This document shows positions 41,465 through 50,938 of a stretch of DNA of 59,780 nt, in pieces. Numbering within the stretch: the first letter of the stretch is position 1; each line of letters opens with the position of its first letter. The translations under genes were made by a program, and so were the position numbers. Below the pieces are notes generated by a model. It did not search any database and was not told where the DNA came from. It was given only the letters and a program-made list of their open reading frames with translations. The stretch is from Limisphaerales bacterium (GTDB lineage Bacteria > Verrucomicrobiota > Verrucomicrobiia > Limisphaerales > CAIMTB01): contig JBJXFY010000021.1 in assembly GCA_046155815.1 (NCBI GenBank), positions 1 through 59,780 of the forward strand, written 5' to 3'.

Positions 41465-42210
41465 TTCCAGCGGCGGCTCTCCACCACCTTGGTCGTCACG
41501 AAAAGAAACAGCGCCGCCACGCTGGCGTGGAACACCACCTGGGCCACGTCCACCACGCCGCGCGCGAAGTCGCGCATGTGCTCCACCGGCGCGAGCTGGC
41601 GGAAAAGCGCCGCCTGCCACTCCGAGGCCGCCGGCCGGAGCTGCCCGAGGAAGCTCAGCGTGAAAAGCCCGACGCCCAGCACCAGCGCCACGATGGCGGC
41701 GATGATCTGGTTGTGCGTGAGCGCCGAGGCGAAGAGGCCCATCGCCACGTACACCGCGCTCAGCAGCAGGATGCCGAGGTACATCGCCGCCCAGGCGCCC
41801 CAGTCCGGCGGCGAGGCATCGTGCGTGAAATGCCGCACCAGCAGCAGGCAGCCCAGCAGCGGCAGCCAGGTCAGCATCACGAAGAGCAGGTTCGCCGTGA
41901 ACTTCGCCAGCACCACCTGCGCGTCGCCCACCGGTGCCGTCATCAGCGTCTCGTAGGTGCCGGCGGACTTCTCGAGCGCCAGGCTCCGCATGGTGATCAC
42001 CGGCGTGCCCAGCAGCAGGATCAGCCAGAAAAAGTACGTCTCGTGGAACAGCTCGGTCAGCGGCACGTCCACCGGCTCACGCAGGGCCTCGATCAGCACG
42101 AGGAACGAGATCCCCAGGAGCAGCAGCACCGCCGCCACCACCACATAGGCGATCATCGAGGCGAAGAACCCCGTCAGCTCCCGCCGCACCAGCACCCAGA
42201 ATGTCCTCAC
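41461..42210 (-). CDS. ABC-2 type transporter permease (GldF-like)
   Basis: ORF 41461..42210(-). Six hydrophobic segments. Contains MRSLALEKSAGTYETLMTAPV. Start overlaps the ATPase stop by 4 nt. Confidence 0.8.
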   Translation of the reverse strand: MRTFWVLVRRELTGFFASMIAYVVVAAVLLLLGISFLVLIEALREPVDVPLTELFHETYFFWLILLLGTPVITMRSLALEKSAGTYETLMTAPVGDAQVVLAKFTANLLFVMLTWLPLLGCLLLVRHFTHDASPPDWGAWAAMYLGILLLSAVYVAMGLFASALTHNQIIAAIVALVLGVGLFTLSFLGQLRPAASEWQAALFRQLAPVEHMRDFARGVVDVAQVVFHASVAALFLFVTTKVVESRRWK

Positions 42211-43172
42211 CCCGCCTCCTCCTCCCGCCCGGCCGCCGTCATGTGGACGAACACGTCCTCGAGCGAATGCCGTGTGAACGTCAGCTCCCGCAGCCGCCAG
42301 CCCCGGGCGCTCACCTCCGCGAACACCTGCTCCCGCAGGTCCGCGCCGTGGCCCGGCGTCAGGGCCACCCGCCAGTAATCACCCTCGGCCGCCGCCAGGT
42401 GGAAGCGCTCCACCTCCGGCGCGCCTTCCCAGCAGGCGCGCAGCTCGTCCTCGGGCGCGGCGATCTCCGCCACCACCTGGTTCCCCCCGCTGAACAGCCG
42501 CTGGAGATTCGCCGTGGTGTCCGCCGCGCGGATGCGCCCCTGGTGCAGGATCAGCACCCGGCCGCAGGTCATCTCCACCTCCGGCAGGATGTGGCTCGAG
42601 AGCAGCACCGTGTGCCGCCGGCCCAGCTCCTTGATCAGCTGCCGCAGCGACCGGATCTGGTTCGGGTCCAGCCCGATGGTCGGCTCGTCCAGGATGATCA
42701 GGTCCGGCTCGTGGACAATGGCGTCCGCCAGCCCGACGCGCTGCCGGTAGCCCTTGGAGAGCGTGCCGATCACGCGGCGCTGCACGTCCCCCAGGCCGCA
42801 CTGCTCCGTCACCGTGTCCACGCGCTCCCGGCATTCCGGGCCGAAAAGCCCCTTCAGCCGGGCGCGGAACTTCAGGTAGTCACGCACCGCAAGGTCAAAG
42901 GGCAGGGGGTTGTTCTCCGCCATGTAGCCGATGCGCCGCCGCACCTCGCGCGACTCGCGGAACACGTCATGCCCGGCCACGCGCACTGTGCCCGACGTCC
43001 CCGGCAGGAAGCCCGCCAGGATGCGCATGGTGGTCGTCTTGCCCGCACCGTTCGGGCCCAGGAAGCCCACGACCTCGCCCTGCCCCACGGTGAACGAGAG
43101 ATTCTCGATCGCGGTGCGGCCGGCGTAGCGTTTGGTGAGGTTCTCGACCTCGATGACGGGCGCGAGCTCCAT
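42207..43172 (-). CDS. ABC transporter ATP-binding protein (GldA-like)
   Basis: ORF 42207..43358(-). ATG at 43172 gives MELAPVIEVENLTKRYAGRTAIENLSFTVGQGEVVGFLGPNGAGKTTT. Signature LSKGYRQRVGLA and Walker B LIILDEPTIGLD. Confidence 0.9.
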   Translation of the reverse strand: MELAPVIEVENLTKRYAGRTAIENLSFTVGQGEVVGFLGPNGAGKTTTMRILAGFLPGTSGTVRVAGHDVFRESREVRRRIGYMAENNPLPFDLAVRDYLKFRARLKGLFGPECRERVDTVTEQCGLGDVQRRVIGTLSKGYRQRVGLADAIVHEPDLIILDEPTIGLDPNQIRSLRQLIKELGRRHTVLLSSHILPEVEMTCGRVLILHQGRIRAADTTANLQRLFSGGNQVVAEIAAPEDELRACWEGAPEVERFHLAAAEGDYWRVALTPGHGADLREQVFAEVSARGWRLRELTFTRHSLEDVFVHMTAAGREEEAG

Positions 43173-43272
43173 CAGGTGCGTGGATGCTGCGAGTGTTACG
43201 GCGTGGCGGCGAACTGAAAAGCCGACGCCGCAAAGGAATGAAGCTTCAACCGCAAGGGGCGGCGGGGAGATG

Positions 43273-43411
43273 GAACAGCGCAGGCGAGAAGGCGCAGAGG
43301 CCGGGACAGGCACGATTGAAGGCAGTCCCCGGCCATCCCGCCTCCCTTGTTGAACCACCCGGCCGCGGCACGGCCCCTGCCGTTCTCCGCATCTTCGCCC
43401 CTTCGCTGTTC
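43273..43411. repeat. ~140-nt element, copy B of the GAACAGCG...CCTTCGCTGTTC-bounded family
   Basis: GAACAGCGCAGG (43273..43284) and CCTTCGCTGTTC (43400..43411) are 11/12 complementary. Both ends resemble copy A: ATGGAACAGCG[A/C]AGGCG at the left, CTTCGC[G/C]CCTTCGCTGTTCAA at the right. Arm-to-arm span is 139 nt versus 142 nt. Located in the mutM-ABC ATPase spacer. Confidence 0.6.
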
Positions 43412-43423
43412 AAGTTCAGCCGC

Positions 43424-44275
43424 TCACCGTTGGCACCCCGTGCAGAAGTACGTGCTGCGCCCCGCCTGCACGATGCGCCGGATGGGCCGCCCGCACCGGC
43501 CGCATGGCTGCCCCGCGCGGTCATAGACCGCCAGGCGCTCGGCGTCGCCGTCCGGCACGCCCTCCGCCCGGCCGTAGTAGAACAACCCCTCGCGTCCCGC
43601 CACGCCGCCAAAGTCCAGCGGCACCGTCGAGCCGAAGCCGATCGCCTCCTCCAGCACGCCGCGGATGGCCCCGTGCAGCCGCACGGCCTCGGCCGGCTTC
43701 AGCCCGCCCGCGTGCCGACGCGGAGAAATCCGCGCGCGATGCAGCACCTCGCTGGCGTAGATGTTGCCCAGGCCGGCCACGAGGGACTGGTCGAGCAGGC
43801 GGACCTTGATGGCCTGCCGGCGGCGGCGCAGCGCGGCCCGCAGCGCCTCCGGGGTGAAGGCCCCGTCCCAGGGCTCCGGCCCGAGCGCGGCCAGCGGGGA
43901 GGCGTCCAGCGACAGCCGGCCAAAGCGCCGCGTGTCCTCAAACACCCAGCGGTGCGCGCCGAGCCCGAGCGCCACGACGGCGTGCTTCGGCAGCGCCGCG
44001 TCGCGCGGCTGCAGCCACATCCGGCCCGTCATGCCGAGGTGCCCCAGCAGCGTGAACGGCTCCCGGGCCCGCGCCCGGCGCAGGCGGAAGACGAGGAACT
44101 TCGCCCGCCGCGTCACGTCCTCGATCACCGCATCATGGAGCTGCGCCGCGAAGTCCGCCGGCACGTGCGGCCGGACGCTCTTCGCCCAGCCCACCTCGAC
44201 CCCGCGAATGCGGCGGCCGCGCAGCAGCGGAGCGAGATGCCTCACCAGAACTTCGACCTCGGGCAGTTCGGGCAT
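43424..44275 (-). CDS. mutM: formamidopyrimidine-DNA glycosylase
   Basis: ORF 43424..44386(-). ATG at 44275 gives MPELPEVEVLVRHL. Contains ...LGMTGR...LLDQSLVAGLGNIYASEVLHRARISP and the zinc finger CGRCGRPIRRIVQAGRSTYFCTGCQ. Confidence 0.9.
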   Translation of the reverse strand: MPELPEVEVLVRHLAPLLRGRRIRGVEVGWAKSVRPHVPADFAAQLHDAVIEDVTRRAKFLVFRLRRARAREPFTLLGHLGMTGRMWLQPRDAALPKHAVVALGLGAHRWVFEDTRRFGRLSLDASPLAALGPEPWDGAFTPEALRAALRRRRQAIKVRLLDQSLVAGLGNIYASEVLHRARISPRRHAGGLKPAEAVRLHGAIRGVLEEAIGFGSTVPLDFGGVAGREGLFYYGRAEGVPDGDAERLAVYDRAGQPCGRCGRPIRRIVQAGRSTYFCTGCQR

Positions 44276-44368
44276 CGCCACCATCCGTAGCGACGCCCCC
44301 GCCGCGCAGCAAACCTGGGCGTCGCCTTGCATCCGCCCGCGCGTCCGCGGCGTAGTCCCCGCTGACGC

Positions 44369-45247
44369 ATGAAAACGATCAACCACTGTCTCCTTGTCGT
44401 CTCCGTCCTCCCCGCCGCCGTCCTGCCGGTCGCGGCGCTCGACTTCTACGGCCTCGGCCTGTCCGGCGACCGCCTCGTGACCTTCCGCGAGGACGGCTCC
44501 GTCCAGAACGACGTCCCCATCACCGGCCTCAACGCCGGCGACACGCTCGCGGACATTGACCTCTTCGCCTCCGACAACCTGAAGCTCTACGGCCTCGGCA
44601 CGAGCGGCCAGTTGTACACGATCAACGCCGGCGGTGCGGCCGCCACGGTAGGCGCCGGCGCGGCGGTCGGCTCGCCTGTGGCGATGGACTTCAACCCGGC
44701 CGCGGACCGCCTGCGCGTGCTCTCCGGGGACTCAAACTTCCGCATCCAGCCCTTCACCGGCGCGCTCGCCGCAAGCGATGGCCTCTTCACCTACGCCGCC
44801 AGCGACCCGAACTTCGGCGCGGATCCCATGCTGGTCGCCGCCGCCTACGCCAACAATCTCGACAACCCCGGCTCGACCACATTCTTCAGCCTCGACGCCG
44901 GCCTGAACACGCTCGTGCGGCATTCCGGTGGACCGCAGTTCTCCACGCTGAACACCGTCGCCGGCCTCACGCTCGGCGGGATCCCGTTCGACCTCGGCCT
45001 GGACGCCGGCTTCGACATCATCAGCCCCGCCGTGGGTTTGGACTGGGCTTACGTCTCCAACGGGAATGACTTCTACTCGCTGAACCTGGCCGGCGGCCAG
45101 CTCAGCTCCCTCGCAGTCATTGGCGGCCCGACGCGGCTTCGCTCCTTCACGGGACAGGCCGTGCCCGAGGGCGGGACCTGGCTGGCGGGCGCCGCGGCGC
45201 TGGTGCTCGGCGGCCTCGGTTTCCGGCGGCGGATGTCATGCCGTTGA
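44369..45247 (+). CDS. DUF4394 domain protein with PEP-CTERM-like C-terminal anchor
   Basis: ORF 44369..45247, with signal peptide. Contains DFNPAADRLRVLSGDSNFRIQPFTG...AAAYANNLDNPGSTTFFSLDAGLNTLV, the DUF4394 pattern. C-terminus VPEGGTWLAGAAALVLGGLGFRRR. Confidence 0.7.
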   Translation: MKTINHCLLVVSVLPAAVLPVAALDFYGLGLSGDRLVTFREDGSVQNDVPITGLNAGDTLADIDLFASDNLKLYGLGTSGQLYTINAGGAAATVGAGAAVGSPVAMDFNPAADRLRVLSGDSNFRIQPFTGALAASDGLFTYAASDPNFGADPMLVAAAYANNLDNPGSTTFFSLDAGLNTLVRHSGGPQFSTLNTVAGLTLGGIPFDLGLDAGFDIISPAVGLDWAYVSNGNDFYSLNLAGGQLSSLAVIGGPTRLRSFTGQAVPEGGTWLAGAAALVLGGLGFRRRMSCR

Positions 45248-45317
45248 TCCGTTCCGCCGGTTCGTGCGATCCCCGCCGGCACCAGGTGCCGCCCGCCGGC
45301 GGGGATCCTTTTCGATC

Positions 45318-48300
45318 TCAAGGGCCCAGCATGACGCGGAAGAACCGGTGCGTGGGTCCGAGCAGTTCGGAGACTCGGACGACGCCCCCGCCGGCCGGGC
45401 CTTCCTCAATCACGGTCCAATGGACGAGATCCATGGAGGCCTCCACGCGGTAGCGTCCGGCCGGCCCCGTCGCGAAGCTGATCTGGAACCGGCCGCCTTG
45501 GACCGGCTGCGGCGGCAGCAGGATCTGGAGGGCCGTCACGGTGACGGCCACCGGGGGTGACGTGGCCGTGGCTCCGGCCTCGTCCGTGGCCAGCGCGGTG
45601 AGGCTGTGCAGGCCCGCGGGCGGCTGCGGCCAGCGCCAGGCGAAGGGCGCGTTGGTGCTCTCCCCGAGCCGCGTGGCGCCGGCGAAGAACTCGACCTTCG
45701 TCACGCGGCCGTCCGGGTCGGACGCCTCGGCCAGCAGGTCGAGAAAGGCCGGCTGCAGGAACGCCGAGCCCCCGGCAGGCACGGCGAGGCCGACCACCGG
45801 CGGCAAGTTCGGCGGGGCCGGCGGCAGCAGCGCGCCGGCCGGCACGACCTCGCGGGGCAGCCCCGGCACGGACCATTCGAGCCGGGCCACGGCGCCGCCG
45901 CCGTTCTCGAAGTAGTCCATGCGGATGGCGTACAGCCTCCCCGCCTCGAGCGTGATGGTGGCGCTGTGCTCGGTGGGCGGCTGGTCCACCCAGCGGTTGA
46001 TCATCTGCCGGCCGTCCACCCACAGGCGCACGCCGTCGTCCACCGTGGTGTAGAAGCGGTGCGTGCCGCTGACACCGGGCCGGACGCGGCCGGTCCAACG
46101 CACGGAGAAGGTGTCCGGACCGAACTGCGGATCGGGCGGGCCGTTGCCCCAGTCGAAGTTCACGGTGGGGTCCACGCGCGTGAGCCTGCGGCCGGTGAAG
46201 TTGATGTTGTCGTGGTACTCGGCGAGCAGGCCCGGCGTGTCACGGCCGATGACAGTGACGCCGACGGGCGCGGACTTGCCGGTCTGCCCGGCGGAATCTG
46301 TCGCGAAGGCGGTGAGCTCGAACGTGCCGCCCGAATCGGGCGACCAATCGAAGCGGAAAGGCGGCTCCGTCGCCTCTCCGAGCCGAATGGCGCCGCGGTA
46401 GTACTCGATTCGCACGATGCTGCCGTTGCTCGACGACGCGGTGGCCGTGAGCGGAATGTTCGCCGGGGTGTAGAACAGGGCGCCCGGCGCAGGCGAGGTC
46501 AGGGCCACCTCCGGCGGCGGGTCCAGCGAGAGAATCCAGCCGGCGAGCGCCAGCAGCGCGGGGCCGTCCACGACGTTCTTGGCGATCGGCGGCATCTTGT
46601 GGCTGGCGGTGGCCGTGGCGACGCGCTGGTACAGCACGGACCGGGCGAGGTCGCGGGCGACGACGTTGCGCGCGCCGGGGATGCCGAGGTCGTTCTGGAC
46701 CGTGCCGCCGAGGATGCCGGCGAGGCCGAGCGGCGTCTCGATGCGGGCGTCCCAGTTCGCGTTCACGCCGCCGGGGCGGTGGCAATGGGAGCAGTTCGCG
46801 TCGAGGTAGGAGCGGGCACGGTGCTCGAGGCTCGCGGCGTCGTTGGTGACGGTGGTCACGGCGGGCAGGGCGGCAAGCTGGGCCTCATCCAACGCGGGCG
46901 CGAAGTAGCCGGCCTGGTTCCACGCCCGGAGCTGGTTGTCGGTCACGCCGGTCTGCGGAAAGTGGAAGTCGCCGTTGCTCTGGCGGGTCTTCACGCCCAG
47001 CACGCCGCCGGCAGCGCGGGTGTGGCAGCTCAAGCAGTCCTGGCGGCTGGGGTAGTACCACGTCTGGGAACGCTGCTGGCGGAAGCGGAACTCCGCCGTG
47101 GCGCGCGCGCCGCCCGCCGTGTGGGCCGTGAGCGCCAGGCCGAAGTACACCGTGTCCGGCAGCGCGAGGGTCTTCGTCGCAGTCAGCCGCCAGGTCTCGC
47201 CATCGGCGCCGCTCCAGGCCGTCCAGACTTGGCCGGCGCGCTTCAGGCGCAGCCAGGTGCTGGGGAAGCCGACGCGCGGGTTCGGCACGGGCGGATAGAT
47301 GGCCGCGGCGCTGCCGCCCACGGTGTCGCGGGATTGGAATTCGTAGCCGCCGTCGTTGTTGTTACGCGGGGCGTTGCTCGGGAAGACGAGCGCGAAGATG
47401 TGACGGGCGTTCGGATTCAGCGAGTCGCGCACCATCAGGCCGGCCTTGGTGTACAGGTCCGTCTCGGTGAGCGAGGCGACGCGCACGGCGACGTCGAAGT
47501 CGCCCGTGCGCTGCTCGTAGGCATACCGGAACTGGTCGCTCGTGCCCCAGATGTCCGCGCCGCCCGCGGTCAGGCGGTAGCCGTCGCCCAGGTCCGCCGT
47601 GGAGCCGGCCACGGGACCGCCGATGTCCGCACTGGCGAGGCCGCCCACCGGCCGCGGCACGAGGATCGGGATCTCCTCCGCCTGCGCGCCCTCGACGATC
47701 TCCGCGTCCGAATGGTCCGGCCGCCAGCGGTAGCTCGCGCCGTACACGTAGCCATTCGTGCCGCGCACAAGGAGCCGGGTCTCCAGCCGCCGCCGTGCCG
47801 CGGGATCGCCGTCGTTCACCGGCAGGTCGAAGTGCTTCACCCAGACGGAACCGTCCGGGAAGCCCCATTCGCCGTTGGTCGCGAAGCCGATCGTCGTGCC
47901 GTCGGGAATGCCCATCCAGCGCAACTTCAGCGCGCCGTCGGACCAGAGCGGGGAATTGACGGTGTAGGGGATCAGCCCCGGCACGGCCGCGAGGGTGGCG
48001 AGGTTGGTGAACACGCCCGACTCGGACAGGAGGCGGGGCATCCTGGGTGCGGGCGGGCCGCCGCGCTGAAGCCGGTAAATCCGCCCGCCCAGGCTGCTGA
48101 GCTGGCAGAGGTACAGTTCGTTCCCGTGGTCGTACCCGAAGCTGGAAAGGCCCACGTAGTCGTTGCCCGGGTTGGGGCCGGGGCCGCGCGGGAGGGTGCA
48201 GAGCAGCCGCTTGGTCGGTGGCGTGGTGGATTCATCCAGCAGCCAGACGACGTTCGCGATGTTGTCGCCGAAGACGTACTTGCCGCCCAAGTCCGCGGCG

Positions 48301-49421
48301 AATTCGGTCCCCCGGTACACGTAGCCGCCGATGATCGCCGCACCCTCGCTGTGCGAATAGTCCACGGCCGCCGGGTGGTCTATCCCGATGTAGGGCGCCG
48401 TCAGCCGGGGCGCCGGCGTGCGGCCCTGCCGGCCCTCAATGCGGTTCCACTGGAAGTTGCGGCCAAAGGCGTCGCCCGGCTCGATGATGCTCAGCTCCTC
48501 CCATGATCCCTCGCCTACGTCGCCGATGAAGATGCGGCCGGTGGGCGGGTCAATCGTCATGCGGTGCGGGCTGCGCAGGCCGAGGGCGAAGAACTCCTCC
48601 AGCACGCCGGCCTGGCCGACGAACGGGTTGTCGTTCGGGATGTAATAGTTGGCCGTGCGGCTGCCACCGGGCAGCGGCTGCTTCGGAATGGGATGGCTCA
48701 CGTCCCCGCCACGCTGGTCCACGTCAATCCGGAGGATGCCGGAATGCAGGCTGGTGTTGATGCGCTGGTTGTTGCCGCCATTCGCATCGTCCCCATTCGT
48801 CAGGTAGAGGAAACCATCCCTCGGGTGGAAGAACATCCCGCCGCCGTTGTGCCAGACGGTTTCCGAGCGCTGGTCAATGAAGATGACCACCGAGCCGGGG
48901 ATGGCGACGCCGTTCGCGTCGAGCGTGTAGCGCTCCAGCCGGTCGCGGTTCGGCGTCGCCGTGGGCGGCCGGGCCGTGGCGCTGCCCCGCACGGTGCCCG
49001 GCGTGACGTAGGTGTAGTAGATGAACAGGTGGCGGTTGGTCTCGAAGCCCGGATGGAAGGCGATGCCGAGGAGACCCGAGTCATCCCACCCCTGGCACTG
49101 CGGGCTGAGATCGAGCACGAGGGTCCTGGCCGTGGTGTTGCGCTCGTTCGGGAAGTGGTAGATGCGGCCCTCGCGCTCCCAGACGACCAGGTTCGACGTG
49201 CCCGGCATGGGCAGCAGGCCCATCGCGTTCAGGAACGTGAGGTTGGGGAACGCCACCACGGCGGACCAGTTGCCCGAAAACGTCGGCGCGTCGGGCGGCA
49301 GCCGGCCACCGTGGAACGCCGCGAACGACGGCCGCTCGTTCAGTCCGTGGGGTGCGGCGGCCACAGTGGCCATCCCGGCCAACACCACGCCGAGACACAG
49401 GGCGCGGAGACAGGTCTTCAT
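45318..49421 (-). CDS. 1367-aa secreted multidomain protein: glucose/sorbosone-dehydrogenase-like propeller, two CXXCH motifs, Ig-like repeats, PA14 domain, C-terminal YRVE...W...FFRV module
   Basis: ORF 45318..49421(-), signal peptide MKTCLRALCLGVVLAGMATVAAA. GSDH-like region: GLLGIAFHPGF...RLERYTL...WHNGGGMFFHPRDGFLYLTNGD...SGILRIDVD. Heme-type motifs CLSCH and CSHCH. PA14-like region: GLLAEYHDNINFTG...FSVRWTGRV...HRFYTTVDDGVRLWVDG...YFENGGGAVARLEW. Ends GRYRVEASMDLVHWT...HRFFRVMLGP. Confidence 0.75.
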   Translation of the reverse strand: MKTCLRALCLGVVLAGMATVAAAPHGLNERPSFAAFHGGRLPPDAPTFSGNWSAVVAFPNLTFLNAMGLLPMPGTSNLVVWEREGRIYHFPNERNTTARTLVLDLSPQCQGWDDSGLLGIAFHPGFETNRHLFIYYTYVTPGTVRGSATARPPTATPNRDRLERYTLDANGVAIPGSVVIFIDQRSETVWHNGGGMFFHPRDGFLYLTNGDDANGGNNQRINTSLHSGILRIDVDQRGGDVSHPIPKQPLPGGSRTANYYIPNDNPFVGQAGVLEEFFALGLRSPHRMTIDPPTGRIFIGDVGEGSWEELSIIEPGDAFGRNFQWNRIEGRQGRTPAPRLTAPYIGIDHPAAVDYSHSEGAAIIGGYVYRGTEFAADLGGKYVFGDNIANVVWLLDESTTPPTKRLLCTLPRGPGPNPGNDYVGLSSFGYDHGNELYLCQLSSLGGRIYRLQRGGPPAPRMPRLLSESGVFTNLATLAAVPGLIPYTVNSPLWSDGALKLRWMGIPDGTTIGFATNGEWGFPDGSVWVKHFDLPVNDGDPAARRRLETRLLVRGTNGYVYGASYRWRPDHSDAEIVEGAQAEEIPILVPRPVGGLASADIGGPVAGSTADLGDGYRLTAGGADIWGTSDQFRYAYEQRTGDFDVAVRVASLTETDLYTKAGLMVRDSLNPNARHIFALVFPSNAPRNNNDGGYEFQSRDTVGGSAAAIYPPVPNPRVGFPSTWLRLKRAGQVWTAWSGADGETWRLTATKTLALPDTVYFGLALTAHTAGGARATAEFRFRQQRSQTWYYPSRQDCLSCHTRAAGGVLGVKTRQSNGDFHFPQTGVTDNQLRAWNQAGYFAPALDEAQLAALPAVTTVTNDAASLEHRARSYLDANCSHCHRPGGVNANWDARIETPLGLAGILGGTVQNDLGIPGARNVVARDLARSVLYQRVATATASHKMPPIAKNVVDGPALLALAGWILSLDPPPEVALTSPAPGALFYTPANIPLTATASSSNGSIVRIEYYRGAIRLGEATEPPFRFDWSPDSGGTFELTAFATDSAGQTGKSAPVGVTVIGRDTPGLLAEYHDNINFTGRRLTRVDPTVNFDWGNGPPDPQFGPDTFSVRWTGRVRPGVSGTHRFYTTVDDGVRLWVDGRQMINRWVDQPPTEHSATITLEAGRLYAIRMDYFENGGGAVARLEWSVPGLPREVVPAGALLPPAPPNLPPVVGLAVPAGGSAFLQPAFLDLLAEASDPDGRVTKVEFFAGATRLGESTNAPFAWRWPQPPAGLHSLTALATDEAGATATSPPVAVTVTALQILLPPQPVQGGRFQISFATGPAGRYRVEASMDLVHWTVIEEGPAGGGVVRVSELLGPTHRFFRVMLGP

Positions 49422-49607
49422 GGGTTTGAATGGTCTGCTGGGAGCCTAATCACCCTACACCGGCAGGTTCACCGGCGTCCTGTGACGACCCGGCAACAAG
49501 TATGCGGCGGCCGACACCTCCTTGCCCCCCGTGAGGGCGGCCCAGTCCACGCCGCCCAAGCCCGCAACAGAGCATCGCCGGCGTCCGGGCCAGGCCCCGC
49601 CGGGGCT

Positions 49608-50087
49608 TCACACGGCCGGCGGGGCCGCAATTTCCCGCCGGACCTCGGCCCAATGCTCCTCCGCAACCATGTAGCCGAGGCAGTTCTTCGCCCCGCAGGC
49701 GCAGGGGTAGTCGCGCCAGGACTCCAGTTCGTAGCCGTAGTTGAAGGTCAGCTCCTCGCCCGGCTCGATCGGCCGGAGCGCCACGATCCAGATGCGGTCG
49801 CCGTCCTGCTGCGCCTCGCAGTTGGGGTCGCAGGAATGGTTGAGGAAGCGCGCCGGGTTCCCCGGCACGTCGCCATCGAGGTCCCATTCCTCGTTCACGG
49901 TGAAGATGTACGGGTTCTCGGCGAGACAGCGGCGTTCGGATTCCGCCTTCGAGACGCGCTCGCCGAGGTACTCGATGACCTCCGTACCGGCCGGGATGGC
50001 GCGCCGCGCGTAGGCGCCGTGGCCGTGGATGCCCGACGGGCCGAGGGCGACCCATTCGTTCACCGGTTCGCGTGCGGGGTCGTTCAT
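49608..50087 (-). CDS. SET domain protein (putative protein-lysine methyltransferase)
   Basis: ORF 49608..50087(-). Contains [25 protein letters not shown]...[12 protein letters not shown]...[10 protein letters not shown] and the post-SET motif [11 protein letters not shown]. Confidence 0.85.
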   Translation of the reverse strand: MNDPAREPVNEWVALGPSGIHGHGAYARRAIPAGTEVIEYLGERVSKAESERRCLAENPYIFTVNEEWDLDGDVPGNPARFLNHSCDPNCEAQQDGDRIWIVALRPIEPGEELTFNYGYELESWRDYPCACGAKNCLGYMVAEEHWAEVRREIAAPPAV

Positions 50088-50284
50088 GCGGGGCGCGTGG
50101 ACTGCCGCAAGGTTGCGGCGGAGGCAAGCCTGTTCGCGGGGTCTGTCCTGCTCGTGCCCGTGCCCGTGCCCGCCCTCGCGTGCCGGACCTTCGTGGGGCG
50201 GAGGCGACGACGAGGACGAAGACGAGCACGCTCCGCCCCCTCGCCCCTCGCCGGACGCCCGCGTGCCAGTATCCTCGCGGCGTC

Positions 50285-50938
50285 ATGAGCGAGACGCCGT
50301 TGAACGTCGCGGACCTGCGTCGGAACTACACGCGCGGGAAGCTGCTGGAGTCCGAGCTGCAAGCCGACCCGCTGGAGCAGTTCACGGCGTGGTTCAAGGA
50401 CGCCCTCGACGCCCGGCTCCCGGAGCCGAACGCCATGAGCCTCGCCACGGCCTGGGCCGACGGCCGGCCGCTGGTGCGCACCGTGCTGCTGAAGAACTAC
50501 GACGCGCGCGGCTTCGTCTTCTACACGAACCTCGAAAGCCGCAAGGCGCGGCAGTTGAAGGAAAACCCGCGCGCCGCGCTGCTCTTTCCGTGGCTGCTGC
50601 TCGAACGGCAGATCATCGTGACCGGCGGCGTGGAGCGGCTCTCCGTGGCGGAGACGGTGAAGTACTTCGTGACGCGCCCGCGCGACAGCCAGATCGCGGC
50701 GTGGGCCTCGCAGCAGAGCAGCCCGATCTCGTCGCGGCAGGTGCTGGAGCTGGAGTGGGCCGCGCTGAAGCGGAAGTTCGGCGCGGGCGAGGTGCCTCTG
50801 CCGGATTTCTGGGGCGGCTTCCGCGTCGCGCCGGAGACGGTTGAGTTCTGGCAGGGCGGCCCCAGCCGGCTGCACGACCGCTTCCTCTACACGCGGCCGG
50901 AGGCGTGCGGGTGGCGGATCGAGCGGCTGGCACCGTAA
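50285..50938 (+). CDS. pdxH: pyridoxamine 5'-phosphate oxidase
   Basis: ORF 50072..50938. ATG at 50285 gives [37 protein letters not shown]...[27 protein letters not shown]...[15 protein letters not shown]. Confidence 0.9.
   Translation: MSETPLNVADLRRNYTRGKLLESELQADPLEQFTAWFKDALDARLPEPNAMSLATAWADGRPLVRTVLLKNYDARGFVFYTNLESRKARQLKENPRAALLFPWLLLERQIIVTGGVERLSVAETVKYFVTRPRDSQIAAWASQQSSPISSRQVLELEWAALKRKFGAGEVPLPDFWGGFRVAPETVEFWQGGPSRLHDRFLYTRPEACGWRIERLAP

Noticed and set aside
50153-50231. Second full copy of the 4302..4362 hairpin
   Set aside because: The (CGTGCC)x3 and GACGACGAGGACGAAGACGAGCACG arms are complementary mainly at every CGT triplet, roughly 60% overall. Kept only as a possible degenerate relative, not as a feature.
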